64,000 bases of DNA from Fusobacteriota bacterium. GTDB lineage: Bacteria; Fusobacteriota; Fusobacteriia; Fusobacteriales; JBNJFI01. Below the pieces are notes generated by a model, which did not search any database, was not told where the DNA came from, and saw only the letters and a program-made list of their open reading frames with translations. Both the position numbers and the translations under genes were made by a program. The stretch is taken from assembly GCA_051746725.1 (NCBI GenBank), contig JBNJFI010000003.1, forward strand, positions 5,228 to 69,227, read 5' to 3'. Positions 16,502 to 26,483 of the stretch are shown here, piece after piece; the first letter of the stretch is position 1; each line of letters opens with the position of its first letter.

Positions 16502-18685
16502 ATGGCAGTAATAAGAAAAGATGAATTAAATTCAATTTTAAATGCTAATACTAAAGATCCATTTCATTTTCTAGGATTAAGAAAAACTGAAAATGGAAAA
16601 TCTATAATTAGAGTTTGTCACCCAGGTGCAAAAAAGGTGGAAATAATCTCAGATGAATTAGACGGATATAGAGAAATAACTAAAATTCATAAAGATGGTT
16701 TTTTTGAAGAGCAGTTAGATGAAGATATATCAAAATATACACTACGATATACAAACTTTTTTGGGGATACATGGGAATCAAAGGATCCTTATTCTTTTTT
16801 GCCAGTTTTAACTGATTATGATATTCATTTATTTAGTGAAGGTAACCACCACAGGATTTATGAGAAAATGGGAGCACACATTATTGAACATGAAGGTATA
16901 ACAGGAGTACATTTTTCTATTTGGGCCCCTAATGCCCAGAGAGTAAGCGTAATAGGAGATTTTAACGCTTGGGATGGTAGAGTTCATCAAATGAGAATGC
17001 TTGGTTCCTCTGGAATTTGGGAGATATTTATTCCAGGAATTAAAGAAGGAGATAAATATAGATTTGAAATAAAATCTGTACAAGGAAATATCTTATTAAA
17101 ATCTGATCCATATGCTTTTTATTCAGAGGTAAGGCCTGCGAATGCTTCTATTGTTTATGACATAAATGAAAAACATGAATGGAATGATAAATTATGGATG
17201 AAAAATAGATCTCAAACTAATTGGTTGGAAGAACCTATCTCTACATATGAGGTACATTTAGGATCTTGGGCCAGAAAAGCAGGAAATGAATTTTTAACTT
17301 ACAAAGAAATGGCAGATAAATTAGTTAAATATGTTTCAGATAATAATTATACTCATATTGAGTTAATGCCAGTTGCAGAACATCCTTTGGATGAATCTTG
17401 GGGATATCAGGTTACAGGTTTTTTCTCTGTAAATAGTCGATTTGGAAAACCTGAAGAATTAATGTATCTGATAGATGAATTTCATAAACATAATATTGGA
17501 GTTATAATGGATTGGGTACCAGGGCATTTTCCAAAGGATCCCCATGGATTGGGAAGATTAGATGGAAGTGGTGTTTACGAACATGTAGATCCTAAACAAG
17601 GAGAGCATCCTGATTGGGGAACATATATATTTAATTATGGCCGAAATGAAGTTACTAACTTTTTAATAACAAATGCTCTATATTGGTTAGATAAGTTTCA
17701 CATTGATGGACTGCGAGTAGATGCAGTTGCATCTATGTTATATCTTGATTATAGTAAAGAAGAAGGTCAATGGGTACCAAATAAACATGGAGGAAGAGAA
17801 AACTTAGAAGCAATAGAATTTTTACAATATTTTAATTCTATTTCTCATAAATATTATCCAGGAATTTTAACAATTGCAGAAGAATCGACTTCTTTTAGTG
17901 GGGTTTCTCAGCCTACTTATTTAGGTGGATTAGGTTTTTCTATGAAATGGAATATGGGATGGATGAATGATTCTCTTGAATATATAAAGAAAGATCCGAT
18001 ATATAGAAAATATCATCAAGGTAGTTTAACTTTTTCACTTATATACGCATTTTCTGAAAATTTCAAATTAGTAATATCGCATGATGAAGTAGTTCATGGA
18101 AAAGGTTCAATGTTAGATAAAATGCCAGGGGATAATTGGCAAAAATTTGCAAACTTAAGATTATTTTATTCATATATGTATGCACATCCAGGGAAAAAGT
18201 TGTTATTTATGGGTGGTGAATTTGGACAATGGAAAGAATGGACTTGTAAAAATAGTCTAGATTGGCATTTATTAGAATATGAACCACATCGAAAGCTTTT
18301 GGATTTTACTAGAGATCTAAATGGATTATATAAAAATGAAGAAGCTTTATATGAAGTTGATTTTGATGGAAAGGGATTTGAATGGATTGACTTTACAGAT
18401 AGTGATAATAGCATAATATCTTTTATTAGAAAATCAAAAGATGAAAGTGAAATAATAGTATGTGTATTTAATTTTACTCCTATGACACATGAAAACTATC
18501 GAATAGGTGTAAATAAACCAGGTTTTTATGAAGAAATTTTTAATTCGGATTCGCAGAGGTATTGGGGAAGCAATTTTGGAAATTATGGAGGATTGTGGAG
18601 TGAAGATCTTCCGTGGCAAGGAAAGCAACATTCATTAAAAATTAATATTCCTCCATTATCAGGAGTGTATTTTAAATTAAAATAA
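16502..18685 (+). CDS. glgB: 1,4-alpha-glucan branching enzyme (GH13)
   Basis: WAPNAQRVSV, YEVHLGSW, SWGYQVTG, GLRVDAVASMLY, IAEEST, SHDEVVHGK. Confidence 0.97.
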   Translation: MAVIRKDELNSILNANTKDPFHFLGLRKTENGKSIIRVCHPGAKKVEIISDELDGYREITKIHKDGFFEEQLDEDISKYTLRYTNFFGDTWESKDPYSFLPVLTDYDIHLFSEGNHHRIYEKMGAHIIEHEGITGVHFSIWAPNAQRVSVIGDFNAWDGRVHQMRMLGSSGIWEIFIPGIKEGDKYRFEIKSVQGNILLKSDPYAFYSEVRPANASIVYDINEKHEWNDKLWMKNRSQTNWLEEPISTYEVHLGSWARKAGNEFLTYKEMADKLVKYVSDNNYTHIELMPVAEHPLDESWGYQVTGFFSVNSRFGKPEELMYLIDEFHKHNIGVIMDWVPGHFPKDPHGLGRLDGSGVYEHVDPKQGEHPDWGTYIFNYGRNEVTNFLITNALYWLDKFHIDGLRVDAVASMLYLDYSKEEGQWVPNKHGGRENLEAIEFLQYFNSISHKYYPGILTIAEESTSFSGVSQPTYLGGLGFSMKWNMGWMNDSLEYIKKDPIYRKYHQGSLTFSLIYAFSENFKLVISHDEVVHGKGSMLDKMPGDNWQKFANLRLFYSYMYAHPGKKLLFMGGEFGQWKEWTCKNSLDWHLLEYEPHRKLLDFTRDLNGLYKNEEALYEVDFDGKGFEWIDFTDSDNSIISFIRKSKDESEIIVCVFNFTPMTHENYRIGVNKPGFYEEIFNSDSQRYWGSNFGNYGGLWSEDLPWQGKQHSLKINIPPLSGVYFKLK

Positions 18686-18688
18686 TAT

Positions 18689-18720
18689 AAGAGAGAGTCT
18701 GTATTAAGCAGGCTCTTTTC
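18689..18720 (+). terminator. Intrinsic terminator after glgB
   Basis: AGAGTCTG-TATTAAG-CAGGCTCT stem-loop followed by TTTC. Confidence 0.7.
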
Positions 18721-18730
18721 ATATTTATGA

Positions 18731-18759
18731 TTGAATTCATGTTCTTTTTATGGTATACT
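18731..18759 (+). promoter_or_regulatory. sigma70-type promoter, extended -10
   Basis: TTGAAT-N17-TATACT with TG at 18751-18752. Confidence 0.65.
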
Positions 18760-18803
18760 ATAATATGATAATTACAAAGTAAATTTTAGAAATAGGAGGA
18801 GAG

Positions 18804-19412
18804 ATGGAGACAATATTTGTAGGGGTAGCAGGTGGTACTGGCTCCGGGAAAACCACCGTCGCTCGTAATATAGTTAGAAACTTTAACCAAGAAGTTACCA
18901 TAATAAAACAGGATTCTTATTATAAAGATTTATCAGATTTGCCATTTAATGAGAGAAAAGAAATGAATTTTGATCATCCCGATGCAATTGATTTTAAATT
19001 ATTGATTAATCATCTGAAAAAATTAAAAAAAAGTATAAAAATAAAAAAACCTAAGTACAATTTTAAAACTCATTTACGAGAATTAGAAGGGGAAATGGTA
19101 GAACCTAAAAAGATTATTATAGTTGAGGGGATTTTAATTTTTGCTATTCCTGAATTAATGAAATTATTTGATATGAAATTATTTGTAGATACAGATGAAG
19201 ATATAAGGCTACTTAGACGAATTGGTCGTGATATAGATGAAAGAGATAGAACATTTGAAAGTATAAAAAAACAATATTTAACAACTGTTAAGCCAATGTA
19301 TCTTGAATTTGTAGAGCCAAGTAAAAGATATGCTGATATTATAATACCTCGTGGAGGAAAGAATAAAATAGCAATAAAGATGGTTGTAGCCAAGTTAAAA
19401 AGTCTACTATAA
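18804..19412 (+). CDS. udk: Uridine kinase
   Basis: GVAGGTGSGKTT, QDSYYKD, NFDHPDA, IIVEGIL, FVEPSKRYAD. Confidence 0.95.
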   Translation: METIFVGVAGGTGSGKTTVARNIVRNFNQEVTIIKQDSYYKDLSDLPFNERKEMNFDHPDAIDFKLLINHLKKLKKSIKIKKPKYNFKTHLRELEGEMVEPKKIIIVEGILIFAIPELMKLFDMKLFVDTDEDIRLLRRIGRDIDERDRTFESIKKQYLTTVKPMYLEFVEPSKRYADIIIPRGGKNKIAIKMVVAKLKSLL

Positions 19413-19442
19413 AAATCCATTATGATAGAAAGGTAATAAAGT

Positions 19443-19994
19443 ATGAAAAAAATTATGATATATATAGGAAAATTTATTTTAACTTTAAAAGTGATATATG
19501 TTTTAATCCGGGGAAGATTTAATAAAAATAGTGATTATCAGGATAGTGATATTTCAAAAAAGTTTGTAAAAAAAAATAATAAACGAGTTTTAAAAAAACT
19601 TAAAAAAATGAAAATTTCAAGAGAAGACATAGTTATTTTATTACCCCATTGTATCCAAGATTATAACTGTAATATAAAAATAACTTCTAATATAGATAAT
19701 TGTAAACAATGTGGAATTTGTGAGATTGGAGATATATTGGAAATTCAAAAAAGGTTCGGTATAGATGTAAAAGTTGCAACTGGTGGGACCCTTGCAAGAA
19801 TCTATTTGAAAAAACGAAAACCTAAATTGGTTATTGCAGTTGCGTGTGAGCGTGACTTGGTAACTGGGATATATGATGCCTATCCATTGTTGGTATATGG
19901 CATATTTAATCTAAGAATTAATGGACCATGTTATAATACTAAAATAGATTTCAGGGAAATTGAAAAGGTTTTAAAAAAGATAATAGGAGGTTAG
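19443..19994 (+). CDS. DUF116 domain protein
   Basis: ILLPHCIQ, CKQCGIC, VATGGTLA, AVACERDL, NGPC. Confidence 0.85.
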   Translation: MKKIMIYIGKFILTLKVIYVLIRGRFNKNSDYQDSDISKKFVKKNNKRVLKKLKKMKISREDIVILLPHCIQDYNCNIKITSNIDNCKQCGICEIGDILEIQKRFGIDVKVATGGTLARIYLKKRKPKLVIAVACERDLVTGIYDAYPLLVYGIFNLRINGPCYNTKIDFREIEKVLKKIIGG

Positions 19995-19997
19995 AAA

Positions 19998-22832
19998 ATG
20001 AGTAAAAAAATTTTGACTATAATTAGTTTGGTTTTAATTATAAACTCCCATATTTTAGCAGGTGAAAGAGAAGACATAAAATATATTAATCGCCTAAATA
20101 AAGAGGGGTATTCAGAAGAACTAGTTGTTGAAGGGGAAAAATTTTTAAAAAAATATCCAGATTCAGAAATTAGAAATTCTATAATAAATTTAGTAGCGTA
20201 TAATCATTACAAATTAGGAAATTACAATAAGGCCTATGGAGGGTTTTCAAAACTTACAGATAGTGAGTTTAAAAATGAGGCACACTATTTTTTACTGCAA
20301 ATATCTTTAAGAAAAGGTGAATTATATAATATTGATAAGCATCTTGCAAATATTGATTCAAAAAATATATTAAAAAATAATGCTCTATATTATGTTGGGA
20401 ACTTTTTTTATAAAAGAAAAGATTATAATGAATCTAAAAAATATTTTAGAGAACTTTTAAAAGTAGAAGGAGATTATACAAATTTAGCTTTTAAAAAATT
20501 AGGGTTAATTTACTATCAAAACAAAGAATATATAAAAGCTACAATTGTTTTAGAAGAATATATTAATAATACAGAAAATCATGACGATGAAGATCTTCCA
20601 GTTATATATTATGTATTAGGGAGATCTTATGAAAGGACTAAAGAATATGATTCTGCTATAAAAAACTATGATAAATTAAGTGAATTCCCAGAAAATCAAT
20701 ACAGTGACGTAGCTTTATATAGAAAAGCTGTAATATACAGTCAGACAAATGAACCTGATATGATAGCTAGTTTGGTTTTGAAACTAGAAGGCACAGAATA
20801 TTTTGAGAAAACTTTGCTACTGTTGGCAAAAGAAGAATATAATAATGAAAACTACTCTAAGGCAGAAAAAACATTTAGGAAAGTTTTAGAAAATGATATT
20901 GAAAATAAAGATAAAATTAAATATGAATTAATAATGTCTCTGTTAAAACAGAAAAAATACGATGCAGCCATGGTTGAATTAAAGGAGTTAAAAAATACAA
21001 AATATCATGGAGAATATGTTTATTACACAAGTTATATTTTAAATAGCCAAAATGAATATGCAGCTATTTTAGAATTTGAAAAAAACTTAAATTTAGAAAA
21101 TGTTAGTGATGAATATAAAAAGGATACTTATATATCTTTTGCCGAAGCTGCTTATAAAAATAAAGAATATAATAAGGCATTAGAATATTTAAATAAACTA
21201 GAAGGACTAAAATATATTTATAGGAAAATAGATATATATATAAAACAGGAAAACACTTCTAAAGTTATCGAAACCATGGATGAATATGCAAAAAAATATA
21301 AAGACGATAACACATATAAAAAAGAAATAGTCAATATGGTAGGAGAATTTTTGATAAGAGTTGAAAAATATTCATTGGCAGAAAAATATTATAGAGATTA
21401 CCTTGAAAAATATAAAGATGAAGATGTTGCCAATAATCTCGTATATGCATTATATGAGCAAGATAAATATAATGAAATGATAACTTTTTTGAATAGCCAA
21501 AGAATTACTGAGGAAAATTTATATGTAAAGGGACTTGCATTTTTAGGACTTCAAGATTATGAAAATGCAGAGATAGTTTTTCGAAACCTATTAAAAAGAG
21601 ATGAGTTAAAAAAGAAACAAAGAGTATATGAAAAATTAATTACTGTATTATATAATCAAGAAAAATATAAAAATCAAATAAAGATTACTGATGAATATAT
21701 TGCTGAGGTAAATGATGCGGATATCGTATGGGCGTTAGACAAAAAAGGGCAAGCCTATTTTAAGCTAGAAGAATACGATGATGCAATCTCAGTATATGAA
21801 AAATTGAAAAAATATGATTCTGTAAAAGATTATGCTTTTTTGAAATTAGCTCAAATCCAATATAACTTAGGAAATGATGATAAAGCACTATCTAATTACA
21901 AACATATTTTAAATAATTTTCCAAGCTCAGAATATCATAAACAAAGTTTATATTGGATAATAACTATAAATTGGCAACTTAATAAGGATGATGAAGCAGT
22001 TGAATATATTAATTGGTTCCTCAAAAACTATGATACAGATGATGAATATTCAGGAGATATAATTTATTATTTAGGGAATATATACTTGAAGAAAGATAAA
22101 CCAAAATTAGCTATTGCAGAATATGAGAAAGTCATAGATAAAGTTCAGGATGAAGGAACTAAAAATCGAGTGAGACGAGAACTACTAAAGTTGTATTATG
22201 ACTTAGAAGAATTCGCAGAAGCTCTTAGTTTGATTGATAATTTTGAAGATGAAAATTTCCAAAATTATTGGAAAGCTCTAGTATATAAAAAACAAAATAA
22301 GATGGATTTAGCAATTGAAAATTTCAAATCTTTATTGAAAACTGAGGATTTTGGAGATAGAGCAAGTTATAATCTAGGGATCATATATTTTGAAAAGCAA
22401 AATTATAGCTTAGCGAGAGAATATCTATCAAGTGTTTTAGATTATGATGTATCAAATTATAAAGATAGAGCAGCTTTGCATATAGGTCTAAGTTATGGAA
22501 GGGAAGGCAAATATCAAGAAGCTATAAATGTGCTACTTAAGATAAGACTAATATATGTAAACAGTGATCTTCAAGATATAGCATTAATAAAAATTGCAGA
22601 GAATTACGAAAAAATGGGGGAAATACAAAAAAGTATACAAAGCTATATTGAATTTTACAATGAATTCAAAGATAGTCAATACTATGGTACCGTTTTAGAG
22701 CGATTAGTTCAACATTATTTAGAGGCTGAAAATATAAATGAAGCTCAAAAATACTACAATGATTTAATCGATGTGAAACCAGAAAAAGAAGAAATTTATG
22801 AAAATCATTTTGAAAACCAAGGAGGGAATTGA
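19998..22832 (+). CDS. Large exported tetratricopeptide-repeat protein
   Basis: Signal peptide followed by many TPR-like units (ALYYVG, LGLIYY, KGQAYFKLEEYDDAI, YNLGIIYF). Confidence 0.88.
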   Translation: MSKKILTIISLVLIINSHILAGEREDIKYINRLNKEGYSEELVVEGEKFLKKYPDSEIRNSIINLVAYNHYKLGNYNKAYGGFSKLTDSEFKNEAHYFLLQISLRKGELYNIDKHLANIDSKNILKNNALYYVGNFFYKRKDYNESKKYFRELLKVEGDYTNLAFKKLGLIYYQNKEYIKATIVLEEYINNTENHDDEDLPVIYYVLGRSYERTKEYDSAIKNYDKLSEFPENQYSDVALYRKAVIYSQTNEPDMIASLVLKLEGTEYFEKTLLLLAKEEYNNENYSKAEKTFRKVLENDIENKDKIKYELIMSLLKQKKYDAAMVELKELKNTKYHGEYVYYTSYILNSQNEYAAILEFEKNLNLENVSDEYKKDTYISFAEAAYKNKEYNKALEYLNKLEGLKYIYRKIDIYIKQENTSKVIETMDEYAKKYKDDNTYKKEIVNMVGEFLIRVEKYSLAEKYYRDYLEKYKDEDVANNLVYALYEQDKYNEMITFLNSQRITEENLYVKGLAFLGLQDYENAEIVFRNLLKRDELKKKQRVYEKLITVLYNQEKYKNQIKITDEYIAEVNDADIVWALDKKGQAYFKLEEYDDAISVYEKLKKYDSVKDYAFLKLAQIQYNLGNDDKALSNYKHILNNFPSSEYHKQSLYWIITINWQLNKDDEAVEYINWFLKNYDTDDEYSGDIIYYLGNIYLKKDKPKLAIAEYEKVIDKVQDEGTKNRVRRELLKLYYDLEEFAEALSLIDNFEDENFQNYWKALVYKKQNKMDLAIENFKSLLKTEDFGDRASYNLGIIYFEKQNYSLAREYLSSVLDYDVSNYKDRAALHIGLSYGREGKYQEAINVLLKIRLIYVNSDLQDIALIKIAENYEKMGEIQKSIQSYIEFYNEFKDSQYYGTVLERLVQHYLEAENINEAQKYYNDLIDVKPEKEEIYENHFENQGGN

Positions 22833-24526
22833 TGAGAAATAAGATGTTAAGAGTTCTATTTATTTTTATAATTTTAACAACCTCTTTATTAGGTCAAGAT
22901 GAATATGATTTAGGGGAAAAAGAAGTTATAGGGGTAGATGAAAGAGAATATAAAGAAGAGATTGAATTATCTGAATACGATCCAGATTCAGAAGAGTTAA
23001 TTTTAAATGAAGAGTTAAAAGTTGAAGAAGATTTGGAAAACGATGAATATGAAATTGCAACTGATAGTATTGATATAGAAACAAATGACAGGGAATATAA
23101 ATTAAATTACAATATTAATTTATATTCAAAACCTAAAAATGCAAACGTTATAGTTCAAGATCGTGAAAGTATGAAAGGTAACCATCTAACTTTTGCTTTA
23201 GGGGGATATGATAAAATAGATGCTTTTAAATATATTTTTGATTATACAAGAAGAGAATCCGATGATTTTACATACTTTTTACATATAGGAAGAGAAATTA
23301 AAGGAGAAGATCGACCAAACGATGATCAAAGTATAGATAATTATTATGGACAATTTTGGTATAAAAAATTAAATACTTCGATATCTCATACTATTGATGA
23401 TGAAAAATTACCAGGAATAGCAGGAGAAGATGTAGATAGTTCTTATAAAAAATCAAAGGACACAACGCTTCAGCTTAACTATAAAGCATTGGATCAAGAT
23501 TTGGTTTTGAATTCTATGATACAAAATCTAACAGTAAATAGCAATGAGTCAAAACGACAATATGACAAGTATACTTTTAATGGAGGCATAGAGTATAATG
23601 TTTCTCCATACGAAGTAGATATCTTAGATGGGATGGAAAACAGATTAACTTTAAATTTTGATTACCATATTGATCGAATCGATACAACTCAAATAAGTTC
23701 TTTAAAATTAGTTTTGGATGATAAATTTAAAGTCAACAGATTCGAAAAATGGGATGCTAACCTTAAAGTTGGGTTAGAAATGCTAATCGATAATAAGAAT
23801 GATCAAAATCATTTAGTTCAGATTGATTTAAACAGATCTATTAAGGATGATTTTAATTTTAACTTTGGAATAAAAAATGAAAGATTTTATAAAGACAGTA
23901 GTTATAAACTAGAAGCATTTACAATTGATAATGATATATTAACTGATAATTTATTAGATTTAGAGATGGAAGAAAATTTTGAAATTAAAGCAGGTATTGA
24001 GTATACCAAGAATGATTATTATGTAAACGGGAATTTAAGACATATAATTTCTAAAGATAAAATCATTTATTACCAGGATGCTATTGATACAGATTCTGAT
24101 GGAACAGATGAAGAAACAGTTATTAGAGTTGATAATGCAAATGGAAAAGAGGCTTATCAGGAACTAGAATTAGTTGGAGGGTATACATATAATCAATATA
24201 GAGGTAAATTTACTTATACATTTAATACTTTATCAGACTTACCTTTTTTGCCTCAAAATAAAGTAAAACTAAATCTAATATACGAACAAGATAAGTTAAA
24301 AATGGATTTAGAAGGAGAATATGTTTCTGAAATGTACGGAAATAAAGGTGAAACTGAAAAGTTAAAAGGCTATAAAGAACTCAATCTTTATAATTCCTAT
24401 GCAGTAAATGATAGAATGACATTAAAATTAGACTTTTTTAATTTACTTAATGTAACAGAGGATATCAAAAAAGGTTATCCAAAACCATCTAGAAAAATTA
24501 TGATGGAAATAAAAATCAAATATTAA
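22829..24526 (+). CDS. Outer-membrane beta-barrel, TonB-dependent receptor-like (compact)
   Basis: Signal peptide; TonB-box-like LGEKEVIG; alternating beta-strand patterns; TBDR-style C-terminus (GY..LNL..SY.....L.L...NLLN.....GYP...R......Y). Confidence 0.65.
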   Translation: MMRNKMLRVLFIFIILTTSLLGQDEYDLGEKEVIGVDEREYKEEIELSEYDPDSEELILNEELKVEEDLENDEYEIATDSIDIETNDREYKLNYNINLYSKPKNANVIVQDRESMKGNHLTFALGGYDKIDAFKYIFDYTRRESDDFTYFLHIGREIKGEDRPNDDQSIDNYYGQFWYKKLNTSISHTIDDEKLPGIAGEDVDSSYKKSKDTTLQLNYKALDQDLVLNSMIQNLTVNSNESKRQYDKYTFNGGIEYNVSPYEVDILDGMENRLTLNFDYHIDRIDTTQISSLKLVLDDKFKVNRFEKWDANLKVGLEMLIDNKNDQNHLVQIDLNRSIKDDFNFNFGIKNERFYKDSSYKLEAFTIDNDILTDNLLDLEMEENFEIKAGIEYTKNDYYVNGNLRHIISKDKIIYYQDAIDTDSDGTDEETVIRVDNANGKEAYQELELVGGYTYNQYRGKFTYTFNTLSDLPFLPQNKVKLNLIYEQDKLKMDLEGEYVSEMYGNKGETEKLKGYKELNLYNSYAVNDRMTLKLDFFNLLNVTEDIKKGYPKPSRKIMMEIKIKY

Positions 24527-24540
24527 AGGGGAGTGAAAAT

Positions 24541-25143
24541 ATGTTAGAAATAATTTCAGCAGGTGGTTTTTTAGTTTATATAATAATACTTTTTTCAATT
24601 TTAGGTTTGGGTGTTGTAATCGAAAGAGTTATATACTTTTCTTGGGTAGAAACTGGGAATTACGATGGATTAAAAGAAGAGGTAAAAGATCTTATTGCAG
24701 TAAATGATTTTGAATCTGCAGAGATAGTTTGCCAAAATCATGATAGTTCTGTGTCAAAAATCATAGAAACTGTTATTTCAAATAGAAACAGGAAGAAGGA
24801 AGTTTTAGATGATAAGATAAAAGAGGTTGCATTGGATCAAATTCCTGTTTTAGAAAAATTTATGTGGATATTATCAACAACGGCGCATGTTACTCCATTA
24901 ATTGGGCTATTGGGAACAGTAACTGGTATGATAAAAGCTTTTAATGTTATTGCTATCCAGGGAGTGGGAAAACCAGAAATGTTAGCCGAAGGAATTTCTC
25001 AAGCATTAATTACAACAGCGGCAGGTCTTACTGTTGCAATACCGGCTTTAGTTTGTTATAATTTTTTAAACAAAAAGATTGATTCTATTATAAATGAAAT
25101 GGAGAAATCTTCTGTTGAGTTTCTTGATCTGTTGGGGCGGTGA
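24541..25143 (+). CDS. exbB: MotA/TolQ/ExbB proton channel protein
   Basis: TPLIGLLGTVTGMIKAF, GISQALITTAAGLTVAIPA. Confidence 0.92.
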   Translation: MLEIISAGGFLVYIIILFSILGLGVVIERVIYFSWVETGNYDGLKEEVKDLIAVNDFESAEIVCQNHDSSVSKIIETVISNRNRKKEVLDDKIKEVALDQIPVLEKFMWILSTTAHVTPLIGLLGTVTGMIKAFNVIAIQGVGKPEMLAEGISQALITTAAGLTVAIPALVCYNFLNKKIDSIINEMEKSSVEFLDLLGR

Positions 25144-25559
25144 ATATAGTGAAATTTAGAAAAATAAAAAGGAGAACCGGTGGAGATATATTTCTAGAGT
25201 TAACACCATTAATAGATGTTGTGTTTTTATTATTAATATTTTTCATGGTAAGCACAACTTTTGTAGATATTAATACAGGAATCAATATTGTCCTGCCTCA
25301 TTCAACTGTGAACGAAATATCGCAGTCCAGAGAAGTTATAATCACAGTTACAGAAAAGGAAAAGATATATGTTAATAAAGAACAAGTAGATATTAATGAA
25401 TTACAATTCAAAATAGAGGAAGTCCTTATGGAAAATAAAAAGGACAATGTGATTATAAAGGCAGATAAAAATTTGTCTCATGGATTAATTGTTGATATAA
25501 TGACTAAATCTAAAAATGCAGGAGCAACAGAAATTGATATAGCAACGCAAGAGAAGTAG
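25140..25559 (+). CDS. exbD: ExbD/TolR family protein
   Basis: LTPLIDVVFLLLIFFMV, IIKADK..G.IVDIM. Confidence 0.93.
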   Translation: MNIVKFRKIKRRTGGDIFLELTPLIDVVFLLLIFFMVSTTFVDINTGINIVLPHSTVNEISQSREVIITVTEKEKIYVNKEQVDINELQFKIEEVLMENKKDNVIIKADKNLSHGLIVDIMTKSKNAGATEIDIATQEK

Positions 25560-26459
25560 GTGGGATTTATGCTAGGAAAAGAAGATAAGATATATATATA
25601 TGCAATAATAGTTTCTTTTATTGTGCATATTATATTGATAAATATATTACCTGGATTAAGGAGTTTAGAAATTGATTCAAAAGAAGAAGAAATTAAATCG
25701 GTTAAAACAAGATTTATAAAATTAAAAAAAAATAGTACCTCTGATTCAGAAGTAAAACGGGATACTCAAAAAAGTAAGATAGAAACAGAAGAATCTGGAG
25801 ATAAATTGGAGCAAGAAGAATCTCAAGTAGTCTCTGGAGAAACAGAAGAAGTTGAATTTACAGATACAATGCCAGAAGTGGATCTTTCTGCACAAAATGT
25901 AATACGGAGAGAAAATACCAGAGATATTATATTAACTAAAGAGGATGATACTACTTTCAAAAAAGGTCAAGAAGAAGTTGATTTTAAAAATAGTGATTTA
26001 AAGTTTGATTCGAATAAGAATCTTGACGAAGAAGTAGAAAATATTGAAGATAAAATACCAGTAAAAATTGAAGAAGATTTTGAAAATGGAGAAATCGCAA
26101 TCAATGTTGATGATATTGAAAATGTAGGATCAATTACAGATGTCGAAATGCCTGATGGAATAAAAAAAATTGAAGTAGAAGGAAAAGGTAGAATAACAAG
26201 CTTTGTTGGAAGGAACCCTGAATACCCAGATTTAGCTAGAAAAAGAGGATGGGAAGGGCAAGTGCATCTGGAATTTATTGTTACCGAAAATTCTGAAGTT
26301 GAAAGAGTAAATATTAAGAAAAAAAGTGGTTATGATATTTTGGATATTGAGGCCAAAAAAGAGATTTCTAATTGGCAACTACAAATTGTAAACAACGGGA
26401 TGCAAATTAGAGGAAAAGTTAATGTTATTATTGACTTTAGATTAGAATCAAAAAATTAA
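25560..26459 (+). CDS. tonB: TonB family energy transducer with acidic (non-proline-rich) linker
   Basis: N-terminal S.IVH TM anchor; C-terminal PEYPDLARKRGWEGQV...SGYDILD.EA TonB_C domain. Confidence 0.85.
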   Translation: MGFMLGKEDKIYIYAIIVSFIVHIILINILPGLRSLEIDSKEEEIKSVKTRFIKLKKNSTSDSEVKRDTQKSKIETEESGDKLEQEESQVVSGETEEVEFTDTMPEVDLSAQNVIRRENTRDIILTKEDDTTFKKGQEEVDFKNSDLKFDSNKNLDEEVENIEDKIPVKIEEDFENGEIAINVDDIENVGSITDVEMPDGIKKIEVEGKGRITSFVGRNPEYPDLARKRGWEGQVHLEFIVTENSEVERVNIKKKSGYDILDIEAKKEISNWQLQIVNNGMQIRGKVNVIIDFRLESKN

Positions 26460-26483
26460 ATTTACCATACGAGAGGAGAAACA

